Positions 1 to 12,546 of a DNA stretch of 64,000 bases are shown in pieces. Under the pieces are notes generated by a model. That model did no database searches, was not told where the DNA came from, and saw only the letters and a list, made by a program, of their open reading frames with translations. Source of the stretch: Octopus sinensis. Its lineage: Eukaryota. Where the stretch lies: NCBI RefSeq assembly GCF_006345805.1, contig NC_043008.1:58156001-58220000 (forward strand). Direction: 5' to 3'. The position numbers were made by a program, and so were the translations under genes. The stretch's first letter is position 1, and each line of letters starts with the position of its first letter.

Positions 1-1825
1 TCTGAAAAGCTGGAGTTCGCAAAGGCATATTTAACCCTATAGAATTTTTCTGTAGACATCGATGGGAAATAATGCTCGATCTCTTCTTCAAGGCGTTGCA
101 TGAGGGTCATATATGAGGCCGTACATTTCATTTCCCTTCCGAGCCAGAGCTAAAGTTTTGGTTTTGGATGCAGATATTTGATTTAGTTGGGAGGGTATTG
201 TTATCGCGGCCCTGCATTGAGCGTTTTCAATTGCGAAGATTCAGGCCAAATTTGCTGACTCTACACACCAGTCATTCTCAGGCTTTGTTTCTTTCGGTAA
301 CAGCAACAACGACGGTGGAGGCACAATGGCCCAGTGGTTAGGGCAGCGGACTCACGGTCGTAAGAACGCGGTTTCGATTCCTAGACCGGGAATTGTGAGT
401 GTTTATTGCGCAAAAACACCTAAGCTCCACGAGGTCCGGCGGGGAGGGGTGAAACCCACTGTACTCTTTCGCCACAACTTTCTCTCACTCTTTCTCCCTA
501 CTTCTGCCACAAAGCAGAGGAACCATGGTGTAACCCACTATGGTGTGGTAAACTTTCAGACCCTAGTCAAGATTGCGAATCCTCTCTACCCTAGGATGGG
601 TCTGCTCTCCACCCGTTAAAAGCCTCCGTTTACGAAATGAGGATAACAACGTAGCGTTTGTGCCCGTGCAACCGCCAGTCTATCGCGTGTGGTGAGTGGA
701 TCTTCAAGTTGCCACACTCATTCTTAGTAGCTTAGAGTGGGCTCAAATTAGAGATTATTCTTTGTGGTTAATGGTGTGAGTCCTGATTGGAAGAAGAAGA
801 AGAAAGCAACAACAACGACGATGATGATGATGACGACAACGACAACACCAACAATAAAAGCAGCAACAACGAAAACCTTAATAGAAATCTGAGGTGTAAG
901 AAGAACAAGTTCAATGTCCGATTTAAAAGTTTTCTACGAAACCATCCGTGAAATTCGGATTACCGAATTAGCTGGTGCTCTGATTCCATGTCTCGGTAGG
1001 GCAGAGCATACAATTGTACTTTTAGTGACTTTACCCAGAGGAAGTTCACAATATGTTCTGTTTGAATTAGAACCAACGTCAAACCATCTATAAGGGCCAT
1101 CTTGAATAATTCTTCTCCGTTGGTCACCAATCCCACCAGAAACCCTATCATATCTAAAGACTTCATACATTCAAATTTCAGTACAAGAATCCTATCAAAT
1201 CTGTATTTCAAAATACCCAGGCGAAGTTTGGAAAATATCTTGTCCTTTGGTACGTTTTAAAAGTTCCTTGCAGAATGGAACTTGTGTAATTATTTCGATA
1301 TGGTATGTCAGATTCTGATATAATCTAGCATCCAATGTCGGTCGAGTCATCAACTTGAATGACAATTTCAGAATTATTCATGCTTTTGGAAATGTACTTC
1401 TCAATATTAGCTGACACATCAACAATTCGTCTTGTAATTGTATTATCAGACGAAGAAATTTTCTCAATTTCTCGTTCAGTATTATCAGCAAAGTTTACAC
1501 AAGCACACTACTGACAGAATGAATCAATTTTCAGCTGTTGTATCTGGTTTTCACCATTGAATAATCAATTCAACCACTTGTTAAAATACAATCAGCATCT
1601 TATCTGAAACTGTCATTCATGTTTCGAAACAAGTTCATTACCATTTCTCCTGTTCTAAAAGTTTCTGAAAATATTGACCATCCTTGTCTTGGCGACATAT
1701 GTCATTTCATCTAGTCTGAGACAATATTGGAATTGCGAAGCTTCTCACTTCAGTTCAAACCCACAGGCCGAGAAGGGCTTTCAGTTTTTCCTCTTCTGCC
1801 TATGAGAAACCATGATTCAATATAA
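1..1825 (-). pseudogene. hAT (Buster/Charlie, ZBED5/FAM200-like) transposase relic, interrupted by a SINE and a microsatellite, running off the window start
   Basis: Manual minus-strand translation gives ordered motifs: EKISSSDNTITRRIVDVSANIE..IVIQVDDSTDI (~1340-1490), FCKELLKRTKGQDIF (~1230-1280), IVNF..DMESEHQL (~960-1050), LEEEIEHYFP (~50-100). Many stops and frameshifts. Confidence 0.8.
315..809 (+). mobile_element. tRNA-derived SINE, family E head with tail type 1 ending in (GAA)n
   Basis: A box TGGCCCAGTGG and B-box-like GGTTTCGATTCC. Head and body match 22510-22710 and 62350-62535. 11-bp TSD CAACAACGACG at 304-314 and 810-820. Confidence 0.8.
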
Positions 1826-2400
1826 CTATACGAGCAAACCGCCCCCAGTTCAATGGACGGTGCTGAATCATATCTGTTGAATAAAAAGCAATCAGTGTTT
1901 TCTTTTCATTAAAAAATAATTAAGCATGCCTATATTTCAATAAATTTTTTGGTTTTGTTGAACGAAGTTAAGGCAAAAATAAAAAAAAAAACTTCTTGAG
2001 AAACCAAATAGTCTTTCCTTCCTTCATGCCAAGTTTGAAGAAAATATCTCTTTTGCATCTTACTTTTTCGGTCTCTTACACATACTGCATTTTGTGGCAT
2101 TATTTCAAGCCAGCCGGCTTTTTTTGCGCAAACTGCACGTGCATTTTTCTCGCGTATCTGTAGTATCGATCGCAACAGCTGATGTACTTGCGCGTACAAA
2201 TGCACGTTCCCACGGCTTTATCGATCGCATTCTCATCTGGAATCGATTTTTGTAATTTTTCAAGACTTATACACGCTCTGATACCGTCGGTATCTACATA
2301 TCAAATTTGAGCGCAATCGGATGGAGGATGCCCGAGATCCTAGAAGACACACACGCAGACAAACAGAACGGATTTTATATATAATATATATATATATATT
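1826..2400 (-). mobile_element. Probable non-autonomous Helitron/Helentron-type element
   Basis: Plus strand ends CAAATTTGAGCGCAATCGG..ACACACGCAGACAAACAGAACGGATTTTATATATA, as in Helitron-derived short elements. Degenerate ACTA(G) plus hairpin ACCGCCC..GGACGGT at the other end. Confidence 0.45.
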
Positions 2401-2589
2401 GTTTATAACTTTGCTCTTTTTCTTTTAGATATTTGCTTACTTCTGCTACTGAGTGGATAAGCAACAGGGACTTGGATCGTCCTCAGTAACACTTGATACC
2501 CTTTCTATCATCTCAGAAAAGCTTCTGAAAAGAAAGAAAGAATGAAAAAAATGTTCGTAATACAAAATCTAAATCTTGCACGTAAACGC

Positions 2590-2910
2590 GATTGTCTTGA
2601 ATCTTCTCGTCTCACCCTCTGGTGAAAATTGTCATCAAAACAAAGATGATCAATATTTTAAAAGGCGTTTGGAACAGTAGACATTTCCAATGATCATGTT
2701 TCGAAAGATGAATGACAGTCTTCGATAGGACGCAGACTTTATTTTACCAAGTGACTAAATCGATAGCTCAATAGAAAACAGTACGTACAATAACAGTAAA
2801 ATTGATTCCTCCTGTCAGCAGATTCATTGTGAAAACTTTGAAGATAATGCTGACCGAAAAGTTTAGGAAATTCCTCTGTATGATAATAGATTTTTTTACG
2901 CATAAAATGT
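2590..2910 (+). pseudogene. Second hAT (Buster-type) transposase fragment, inverted relative to the first
   Basis: Its reverse complement aligns by eye to 1500-1720. Translates DDQYFKRRLEQ, YQVTKSIAQ, EDNADRKV*EIPLYDN. Confidence 0.7.
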
Positions 2911-2940
2911 TCCTGGTATTTATTATACCATATTAGGATG

Positions 2941-3780
2941 ATAGCTATTCTAATCATTATCTACATCTTTCGATCCATGCGCCAGTACAGGGCATAGAAA
3001 TACAATATATAATACACTACCGTTCAAATTTGTAGCCAGCAAATCATTATCATGGCCAAGCGGTTACAACACTATAGTCACGATCGCAAGACCATGGTTT
3101 CGATTCACAGACCGGGCGGTACGTTGTGTTCTTGATAGCTATTTTAATCATTATCTACATCTTTCGATCCATGTGCCAGTACAGGGCATCGAAATACAAT
3201 ATACAATACACTACCGTTCAAATTTGTACCAGCAAATCATTATCTATTTCTTTACTACCCACAAGGGGCTAAACACAGAGGGGACAAACTAGGACAGACA
3301 AAGAGATTAAGTCGATTATATCGACCCCAGTGCGTAACTGGTACTTAATTTATCGACCCCGAAAGGATGAAAGGCAAAGTCGACCTCGGCGGAATTTGAA
3401 CCCAGAACGTAACGGCAGACGAAATACGGCTACGCATTTCGCCCGGCGTGCTAACGTTTCTTATTTCTTTATTGCTCACAAGGAGCTAAACACAGAGGGG
3501 ACAAACAAGGACAGACAAAGAGATTAAGTCGATTACATCGACCCCAGTGCGTTACTGGTACTTAATTTATCGACCCCGAAAGGATGAAAGGCAAAGTCGA
3601 CCTCGGCGGAATTTGAACTCACAACGTAACGCAGACGAAATACCGCTAAGCATTTCGCCCGGCGTGCTAACGTTTCTGCCAGCTCGCCGCCTTTAGCCAG
3701 CAAATCATTACCATGGCAAAGCGGTTACGGTACTGTAGTCACGATCGCAAGACCATGGTTTCGATTCACAGACCCGGCGG

Positions 3781-3781
<1 letters not shown>
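2941..3781 (+). repeat. ~195-bp tandem duplication containing a decayed tRNA-like SINE head; copy 2 split by a SINE dimer
   Basis: 2941-3134 is repeated as 3135-3243 plus 3694-3781. Confidence 0.85.
3244..3693 (-). mobile_element. SINE family A dimer with TSD
   Basis: Head GGCGGCGAGCTGGCAGAAACGTTAGC, B box GAGTTCAAATTCC, core GCCTTTCATCCTTTCGGGGTCGATAAA. TSD TA(G)CCAGCAAATCATTA at 3227-3242 and 3694-3710. Confidence 0.9.
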
Positions 3782-3834
<53 letters not shown>

Positions 3835-3835
<1 letters not shown>

Positions 3836-4028
3836 TATTTTATTTTTATTTTATTTTATTTATTTATTTATTTTTTTTTGTTTGTTCTTTTCTTCCCTTT
3901 TACGATCCCTCTTGATCGAAAACCTACGCCACCCCCCTTTTTTTTTGTTTTTTTCATTCCCCAAAAGAAAAGCTCTACCTTGTAACTTGTCCCATCTGTG
4001 TGCAGCCCTGTGTGGCCAATAAAGAAAC

Positions 4029-4029
<1 letters not shown>
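3835..4029 (+). mobile_element. 3' end of Tx1-like L1 element embedded in (TATC)n
   Basis: Matches the 3' UTR at 53961-54093, 54173-54303 and 55070-55205. Ends AATAAAGAAACT. (TATC)n on both sides (3781-3834, 4030-4295). Confidence 0.8.
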
Positions 4030-4095
<66 letters not shown>

Positions 4096-4103
4096 GCTAT
4101 CTT

Positions 4104-4151
<48 letters not shown>

Positions 4152-4159
4152 GCTATCTT

Positions 4160-4270
<111 letters not shown>

Positions 4271-4613
4271 ATCTATCTATCTATCTATCTATCTATACAC
4301 ACATTAAAGTTCCTGTGTTTGGAAACATACGCACACAGAGGGCATACTTTATTTATTTGTTTGTTTGTGTGTGTGTGTGTGCGCGATAGGAATTTAAGAT
4401 CTCGTTATTCTCCCTTTGTCTGACAAAGGGAAACAAAATTCCCCCCTTTTAACACTTTTTACGCTGCATGCATATTCATTCATAATACGTCCCCCCAGGT
4501 TACAACGCAAATATGCTAATCACTGTTGTGTATATCGCAAGAGAACATCCTCTCCTTTTTATAACGACAACATGTTCATAACACACTCGGCTCATTGATA
4601 CAAGGGATTCTGA

Positions 4614-4651
4614 GACACTGATGTTTCGACACTTAGAGTCTCGTCATTCAG
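4614..4651 (-). ncRNA. Degenerate hammerhead-like core
   Basis: Minus strand CTGAATGA-CGA-GAC(TCTAAGT)GTC-GAAA-CA(TCAG)TG-TC. Stems II and III and the GTC triplet are present; the core has extra nucleotides and stem I is poor. Confidence 0.35.
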
Positions 4652-4720
4652 TAGTAGAGATGTAGCAAAAACATGATATTTAGAATAAGAACGGAGTAGA
4701 AAAATTACAGAAAACTATTA

Positions 4721-5190
4721 CCGTAAATTCTCGAGTATAGTCCGCCCTCGAGTATAATACGCAGGGGATTTTTAGGGGGCTGTACATCTGAAAAACCTAA
4801 ACCTTGTGTATAATACGCACCCCTTCTCTAACTTGAGTCAAGGAGGTCTATATAACGTCCTTGGTTTGTAAAACTGTGTACGGTAACGTCCTTTATTATT
4901 ATTGTATATATAACATAATGCAAACGTGTAGCTTTTTTGTGCATTTTGTTTGCAGAAAATAAAGAAATAACAGTAATAACATTTAATAAATGTTGCTTAC
5001 TGCAAGTTGTGGATGATTCTTTTATGACTTCATTGCTTTCAGGCTTAGCTTAAGGTATTTTCGCACCTGACATCACAAAATGCGTCTGAATAAACATTGC
5101 CGGACAGCAAATAGAGACTCGGACATTGCTTAGAAAATATTTTTCATTTTTAACCTCGTATATAGTATTGGTTGGTATCAAGGTCTCGAG
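4721..5190. mobile_element. Tc2/pogo-like DNA transposon remnant (one TIR)
   Basis: TA followed by CCGTAAATTCTCGAGTATAGTCCG, resembling Tc2/pogo TIRs. No partner TIR found. Confidence 0.4.
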
Positions 5191-5209
5191 ATAAAAGTAT
5201 TCAGGGTTG

Positions 5210-5330
5210 AATGATGATGATGGTGGTGATGATGATGATGATGATGATGATGATGGTGATGATGATAATGATGATGATGATGATGATGATGATGATAATG
5301 ATGATGATGATGATGATGATGGTGATGATG
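5210..5330. repeat. (GAT)n microsatellite
   Basis: Direct reading. Confidence 0.95.
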
Positions 5331-5379
5331 CACACGCACACAAATTTGAACGGTAGTGTATTGTATATTGTATTTCGAT

Positions 5380-5786
5380 GGCGTAGAAGTGGGTGTATGG
5401 TAAGTAGCTTGCTTACCAACCACATGGTTCCGGATTCAGTCCCATTGCGTGGCACCTTTGGCAGGTGTCTTCTGCTATAGCCTCGAGCCGACCAAAGCCT
5501 TGTGAGTGGATTTGGTTGGCGGAAACTGAAAGAAGCCCGTCGTATATTTGTATATATGTGTATGCGTGTGTGTATATGTTTGTGTGTCTGTGTTTGTGTC
5601 CCCCACCCAACATCGCTTGACAACCGATGCTGGTGTGTTTACGTCCCCGTAACTTAGCGGTTCGGCAAAAGAGACCGATAGAATAAGTAACTAGGGCTTT
5701 CAAAGAATAAGTCCTGGGGTCGATTTGCTCGACTATAGGCGGTGCTCCAGTATGGCTTGAGTCAAATGACCGAAACAAGAAAAAGA

Positions 5787-5792
<6 letters not shown>
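5380..5792 (+). mobile_element. SINE family B (tRNA head, CORE-like centre)
   Basis: Head GGCGTAGAAGTGG..GGTAAG, CACCTTTGGCAGGTGTCTT, internal (TA/TG)n, tail GGCGGTGCTCCAG..CAAATGACCGAAACAAG shared with about 10 copies. Confidence 0.9.
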
Positions 5793-5844
<52 letters not shown>

Positions 5845-6641
5845 AAATTCGTTGTCTGAATTGAAGCTTCTTCACTGGTTTAATACCGAATACTTTCCTT
5901 TAATGATATTCTTTTCAAATAATCTGGTAGTTTCCTGTATATAAAACAAAATCAAAATTCATTAAAAAAAAATTGGTGGAAACAATTCTATTCTAATTAT
6001 AGAGTGAAGCGTTCGGAATGATTAGCTGATTTAGAACTTGAAAAACAAAAACAATTCTTAAAGATATTTGTATGTTTCTGAAAATTTCTAATGGATTTTG
6101 GAATTTTTTTAGTTTTTGTAAGAGACAAAACCATTAGTCATCTTAGAAATAAAATACACCGTGTCTATAATTTTCTACTAAACGTGTCTCTGTTGTGCTT
6201 TTATTGTTGAAGCTAATCAACTCGGTAATTCTGAAAGATTTAATTAGCTGCTTTTCAAACATGATGCTAATACCAGTGACTGTGACAACAGGATTGACAG
6301 ACAGTTCTTTCATTAATTAACACAATCGTAGATTACTACCAAACTTCTGTGATATACATGTCAAATGTGATGTATAATTTTTCTTTGAGTGTGTTGAACA
6401 GATACAATATTACGCTTTCAAATATATTTCATCTGTTGTTTGAAAATCCAGTAACGAGTCTGAGTCTGATTTGAAATAAACTATATTGCATTATAGTTGT
6501 GTAACAAAGGATGCGATTTCCCTGATAAAATATGAGAAATTAATTTTTATCTTAATGAGTGTAAATTAATGCGATATGTTGTTAGTACGATTGACAGCTT
6601 ACGGCTATTGGAGACAGGGTTTGTTTACAATTAGTAACATA

Positions 6642-7000
6642 CTAGCACTATGACCCGGAAACGCCGGGTCATAGTGCCTGCACATGCATATACAACTGCA
6701 TGCGTGCGCACATACACGCGAGTACTGTCCAAATATCCGACCAATCACATACAGCTAGCTGGCATTCAATTGGCGTATCAAGTTTCGGGCACTTTGGGTT
6801 TTGGATAGAAAATTCACCATAAATCACTTCTATTGATTTTTTAATGGCTTTGCGGGGTGACTAGGGAAATGTAAAGATGTGCACGACCACCCTTGGACGG
6901 TTTTAAATGACCATAGAAAGTGCGAGCCCTCTAACTGAAAAATTGTGGATTTGTATAAAGGACACACACGCAAACATTTTGCCGTTTATATATAGAGAGA
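6642..7000 (-). mobile_element. Non-autonomous Helitron with intact termini
   Basis: Minus strand starts A|TC and ends CTAG|T. Perfect 14-bp hairpin GCACTATGACCCGG/CCGGGTCATAGTGC (6645-6677) at the 3' end. No TSD. Confidence 0.8.
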
Positions 7001-7184
7001 TAAGTATAGATGACGGGGCATAAGTTCCAGAGATAGGAGTGTTGGAAAGTGTTTATAATTGTAGGAGACAGGATATGAGCACAGGGAATAGAATTGGTGT
7101 ACATGGAACCATGACATGCATACTGAGAGTTGGATATGAGAAAGAGTATCATTGAGTACAGGGGACAGGTTATGAGTACAGTAG

Positions 7185-7600
7185 AGGCGGTGAGCTGGTA
7201 GGAACGTTAGCGCGCCGGGCGAAATGCGTAGCGGTATTTCGTCTGCTGTTACGTTCTGAGTTCAAATTCCGCCGAGGTCGACTTTGCCTTTCATCCTTCC
7301 GGGGTCGATAAATTAAGTACCAGTTACGCACTGGGGTCGATATAATCGACTTAATCCATTTGTCTGTCCTTATTTGTCCTCTGTGTGTTTAGCCTCTTGT
7401 GGGTAGTAAAGAAATAGGTATTTCGTCTGCCGTTACGTTCTGAGTTCAAATTCCGCCGAGGTCGACTTTGCCTTTCATCCTTTCGGGGTCGATAAATTAA
7501 GTACCAGTTACACACTGGAGTCAATATAATCGACTTAATCCGTTTGTCTGTCCTTGTTTGTCCTCTCTGTTTAGCTCCTTGTGGGCAATAAAGAAATAAG
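7185..7600 (+). mobile_element. SINE family A dimer
   Basis: Full head plus a second 5'-truncated unit joined at AAAGAAATAG|GTATTTCG (7417/7418). Confidence 0.9.
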
Positions 7601-7629
7601 ATAACGTGTGAATATACGTGATAATATAT

Positions 7630-8060
7630 GGACACATACGACAATATACGAGTACAGGAGATGGATGTAAGTATAGGAGATATTTGAGTATATGAGACAA
7701 CATATAATGACAGGAGACAATATATGAGTACATGGGATAATAAATGAGTACAGGAGATGGATGTGAGTACAGGAGATATTTGAGTACATCAGACAACATA
7801 TAATGACAGGAGACAATATATGAGTACATGGGATAATAAATGAGTACAGGAGATGGATGTGAGTACAGGAGATATTTGAGTACATCAGACAACATATAAT
7901 GACAGGAGACAATATATGAGTACATGGGATAATAAATGAGTACAGGAGATGGATGTGAGTACAGGAGATATTTGAGTACACCAGACAACATATAATGACA
8001 GGAGACAATATATGAGTACATAGGACAAAATACGAGTACGTGAGACAATAAATGAGTACA
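7630..8060. repeat. 96-bp minisatellite (~4 copies) built of TGAGTACA(G/T)GAGA subrepeats
   Basis: AGTACAGGAG recurs at 7651, 7747, 7843 and 7939. Degenerate relatives extend over ~7050-8180. Confidence 0.9.
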
Positions 8061-8589
8061 GGCAATATATGGATACGGTAGACAATATATGATGACAAAA
8101 GATATTATATGAGTACATAACATGATATTTAAGTACAGGAGATAAAATATGAGTACAAAAGAGATGATGAGTATACAGACAGACAGACACGAACACAAGA
8201 GGGGAAATGAATGTTCGAGTTACCCTCATCGCATCTCATCGACTTAAAAATATATTAAGGGCACACTGGATAAAGTAGTTACGGATTCTGTTTTTGAAAA
8301 TAAGATGGGATGGTCATTACCGGAACGCTTGGCTCGTAAGTCAGCGTGAACTGAGCTGGAGTTACATAATATCGACTGCAACAATAGCAGAATCACGAAT
8401 TGTTGCACATGTCAGTGAAGAAGGTGTGCGGAAACTGGAAGGAGAACCGAATTGAATATGATAGAAGAATGTGTCAGAGACATGGAGATGACAGGAAATT
8501 CTTAAATAATGAGGATACAATGTTGAGGAGACAAGACTAATTAGAGCCAGCACGCAGAAACGAATACCGAAAGAGAGGGATGGTAGGGT

Positions 8590-8846
8590 AGGGGGGAGTC
8601 GTCGTCGTCGTCTTCTTCTTCTTCTTCTTTTTCTTCTTCTTCTTCTTCTTCTCCTTCTTCCTTCATCATCATTATCCTCATCATCATTTCCTTCTCCTCT
8701 CCTCCTTCTCATATCCCCTCCCCTCCCCCTCCTTCTCTTTCCTCCTCCTCTCCCCTCCCCCTCCACTTTCCTCCTCCTCCTCTTTCTCCCCCTCCCCCTC
8801 CTCTCACCCCTCGTCCCCCCTCTACACACACACACGCGCGCGCGCG

Positions 8847-8877
<31 letters not shown>

Positions 8878-8880
8878 AAT
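8590..8880. repeat. Polypyrimidine (TTC/CCT)n tract followed by (CA)n(CG)n(CA)n
   Basis: Direct reading. Confidence 0.9.
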
Positions 8881-9109
8881 CCCGTTATATGCAACAGAAG
8901 AAGTATTAAATCATAATAGCCGCTTATATATATCGTACTTCATGCAAATACATTTCGACAGGCAAGTTTGCAGTGATATTCATCCGGGGATAGCATCTGC
9001 TTTGGACGTGCGGTGTTAAAAAATGCAATATTTACGGAAGTAGACGAAGATAGTCCCAACAGCAGCGAATGAAAGAACGTTGCTTGTATTTCTGCTTAGC
9101 CGAGCATTT

Positions 9110-9715
9110 TAAGTGTCCCAGTTATTATCCACCTGCAGATCCGGATTGAACCAGTTCCAGAGTAGTTTGACTAGTCCGCCAGTCCTGCATCCAACGACGC
9201 CGTCTGACAGCACTGACCTGCCTCTCCAGGTGACCAGCTGCAAGCCTACCAGCTTGTCGGTGTTGGCTTCTGTAACCGATTCATATTCCTTTAGAATGGT
9301 GCCGACCGTCCCAACTTCTCAGGTGTCCGACACCATGACTGATGTCCGGTATGTCGATACTGACCTCCCGTATCTCAGTTCGAAAGGGATGCCCCTCAAC
9401 TGTTCTAACTTACGCAGCAGTGGCTCGAGAGCCAGCACCTACAGAAGATGCGATAGCAGGCAGCCCTGATGGACAGAGCTTGCGATGTGAAACAATTCCG
9501 ATTGGCGGCTGTTTACTTTGACCTCCGAGCAGGTGCCTCTGTGAATTGCAATACCCCAGCCTCTGAAAACGGGTCCCAAAACTCCCGTTTTCAAGGCAGT
9601 TTCCAAGTTGCAATAGTCGACCCTATCGAATTCTTTGGCTTGATCCAAATGGATCAGAGCCCCACCGAAGCTAGCTTTAGTTGCAGCCCTCTCCATGATA
9701 TATCGCATAAGGGCG
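9110..9715 (-). pseudogene. L1/Tx1-clade reverse transcriptase fragment
   Basis: ALIHLDQAKEFDRVDY..GPVFRGW..VKVNSRQSELFHIASSVHQGCLLSHLL*VLALEPLLRKL..VKLLWNWFNPDLQVDNNW. Confidence 0.85.
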
Positions 9716-10559
9716 GATTTACTTCGTGTTTGAGTGCAACATATAGAGAAATGGATGTTTTTTAATGTGGCTTATTTTGATATATTTGTGTACATTTTCA
9801 TAAATTTTTGTCTGGCGCAATCACCCCTACATCGTTGTTGGTGGCTTAACAATCATGGGTGAAGTCCAAATTTGGAAGTAATGTTAAAGCTTGTCTTCTT
9901 CTGGAATGAAGAAAGGTATATAAAAATAACTTCTTTTGCGCTCGCACACACGCACAGATACTGTAGGTAAAACTTCAGTATGAATTATGTAATTTGTTGC
10001 TGTGTGCACGGACAAAATTACAGCTCAACTCCAATGGAAATGACCTATTTTTATTTTGTAATTCGTGTTTGTGATGAGCGCATTGAGAAACCTGATCTTT
10101 GATATAAACTTAAAGGGAATTTTGTTTCAGAAATCGTGTCGTGTATCTGTTGTTTCTCGTATGTCAGCAGTGATTTCCACCTCACTTTCTTTTTTCCAAA
10201 ATTTGTTGGAATTCCTATGTTTTCTATATAGGAGAAGACGATTTTGCCGAAAAATCACGTTTTCAAAATTGTAAATTCCCCCCCTCCTCACCCCAATTGT
10301 TTAATTTTGGACTTCTTTCGATTTTTTTTGTAATCTACGCAGAGAAATACAGAGATAACGAATCTTTAAGAAAATTTTAATTTCTTAATTTTTTCTAAAA
10401 CAAACATTCAACTATCCTTCCCCAAGCTCCACCACCCATCACCTCCCCGCTTTCAAAAAGGTAAAAACTCGGAATGTTTTAGCTTTTTTTGAAAGTGTGG
10501 AAGTTTCTACAGAAATAATAGCGTGTAGGTGTTGCTTGTAGCATGTCGTGTTTTGTGGT

Positions 10560-10890
10560 GGGGGTTTCATATTTTTTACGGGTGCTATTTCAGTAGAATT
10601 CTGCGCATGCGTGAAACATCGGACGAAAGTGAAATATTAGAAGCAAATCGAAATATTGCCCGAAAATGACCTCAAAATTGTGCTATCCGACCTTATTTTC
10701 GAGGTTATTTTAGAAGTAAAATAGAGTTGTCGAGCCAAAAACATACTTTACCTGGTAGCCAAAAGATTATTAAATCTTTTGATACCTCATACGTCAAAAT
10801 CGGCAACTCAGTTTTCGAATCCACATGGAACATACGCGCACGCACACACACACACACATACAAGCTCTGTCTTGTATGTGTGTGTGCGCG
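10560..10890. mobile_element. Possible Helentron-associated short element
   Basis: CATACGTCAAAATCGG..GAACATACG(CA)n ending in a hairpin. Resemblance only. Confidence 0.3.
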
Positions 10891-11209
10891 CAAGGCTGTG
10901 AAAGATTTCAGAACACTCACACAGTCTCCAATGAAGAGATATATAAAATATCCCGGAAACCGTTGTAAGACCTATTTATAAATGTTCTGAAATCTTTTAC
11001 AGCCTTAGATTTTTATCTCATTCTGTTAATTTTCTATATATACGCATGCTGATATATGACCTACGTTGGACTCATCATTCGCATAATCACCGAACATGGA
11101 GCTTAACTATTGTCTGTCCATAGCACTTACTCAGCATTACCTGATACCTTTGGATTTTACTGACATCATTACCTCTCATAACCTATATATACATATACAT
11201 GCACACACA

Positions 11210-11298
<89 letters not shown>

Positions 11299-12378
11299 GA
11301 AGAACACTTAGCCATTTCAAGGTGTTGAGATTGTTCCACTTTCTGTTTTTCTACTTTTTACTTTCTAGATTATTCGACACGAGTTTGCAGTAGACGCGAG
11401 GTTATTTTGAATACATAAACATGTCCAACATTTGTGCAATTAGAGAGGGAGAGAGAGAGAGAGAGAGAGATAGAGAGATAGAGAGAGAGAGCATTTATTG
11501 TAGAAAATAACATAACGTAGAATAAAGAGTGAATGAGCAACTGCTGCCATGTACATTCTTCAAATGGGAAAAAATCGAATATTTATACATGCAAGCCTAA
11601 AGGTTATAATTATCTGAAAGTTTAATAAAACACTTCGTTTCTAATTTATTTTTCAAGATTCTTGATGTAAATTGGTTGTTGAAACAAATCCTCGATTGAC
11701 TAACAATAAAGAACTAATATTGAACCAGTGCGTGTGTTTAATATTATTGACGTAATGACCCTCCCAAGATACAACAAATTAAAAAAAAAAACACCCGTAG
11801 TCATTATTGACGACCAGGGTATTCTGGTATTTTAAGAAGTCTTATGCTGCTATTGTAACTTAGAATCTCAACTGTTGTCAAAGAATTCCATTCCGACTTC
11901 TGCTATCTAAGCTTTATTGTATTGTTGTCAATTGGCACCTGTATCTGCTAGGTTATACTCGAACGTAGCTATATGTTATCTGGCATGAAAAAACTGGTTT
12001 TTTACACTGCAAGGTCAAAATGTATTGTAGAGAAAAGAAAGATCTAGCGAAGAGTCGGGACAATATTCTTCAGAATATGTCAAAATATAAAGTCCAAAGC
12101 TTCGGTCTTTGAAAGGACCCAAAAGTTATCTATCGCATTTTAGTTGTTCCAGTGCCATTGGACTGAAGGGTTTACTCGAACAAATTGATCCCGGGACTTA
12201 TTCTATCGAAGTATTTTTGCTGGACTGCTAAGTTACAGGGACGTAAATAAATCAACGCCTGTTGTCAAACGGCGGTGAGAGAGAAACACAAAACAAATAC
12301 TCTCTCTTTCACACACACGCACACACACACACAAACTCACACACACACTCTCTCTTCCACATACACACACACTCTCTC

Positions 12379-12421
<43 letters not shown>

Positions 12422-12546
12422 ACACACACTCTCTCTCTCTCTCTCTCTCTTTCACGCATTCACACACACACATACTATCTCTCTCTCTCACACACACATA
12501 CATATATAATTGAATTATTAGTGAGGAATTATCAAGGCTAACAATA

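Noticed and set aside
320-400. tRNA gene (also other SINE heads)
   Set aside because: A/B boxes are present, but there is no complete cloverleaf and the sequence continues into a SINE body.
2429-2485. Candidate small exon after a TTTTCTTTTAG acceptor
   Set aside because: Weak donor and no recognisable protein.
7521-8229. Repeat ORFs or a CRISPR-like array
   Set aside because: Contiguous 96-bp tandem units with no unique spacers, in a eukaryotic context with no cas genes.
10845-10886. 16-bp hairpin CACACACACATACAAG/CTTGTATGTGTGTGTG
   Set aside because: Mostly CA/TG microsatellite complementarity.
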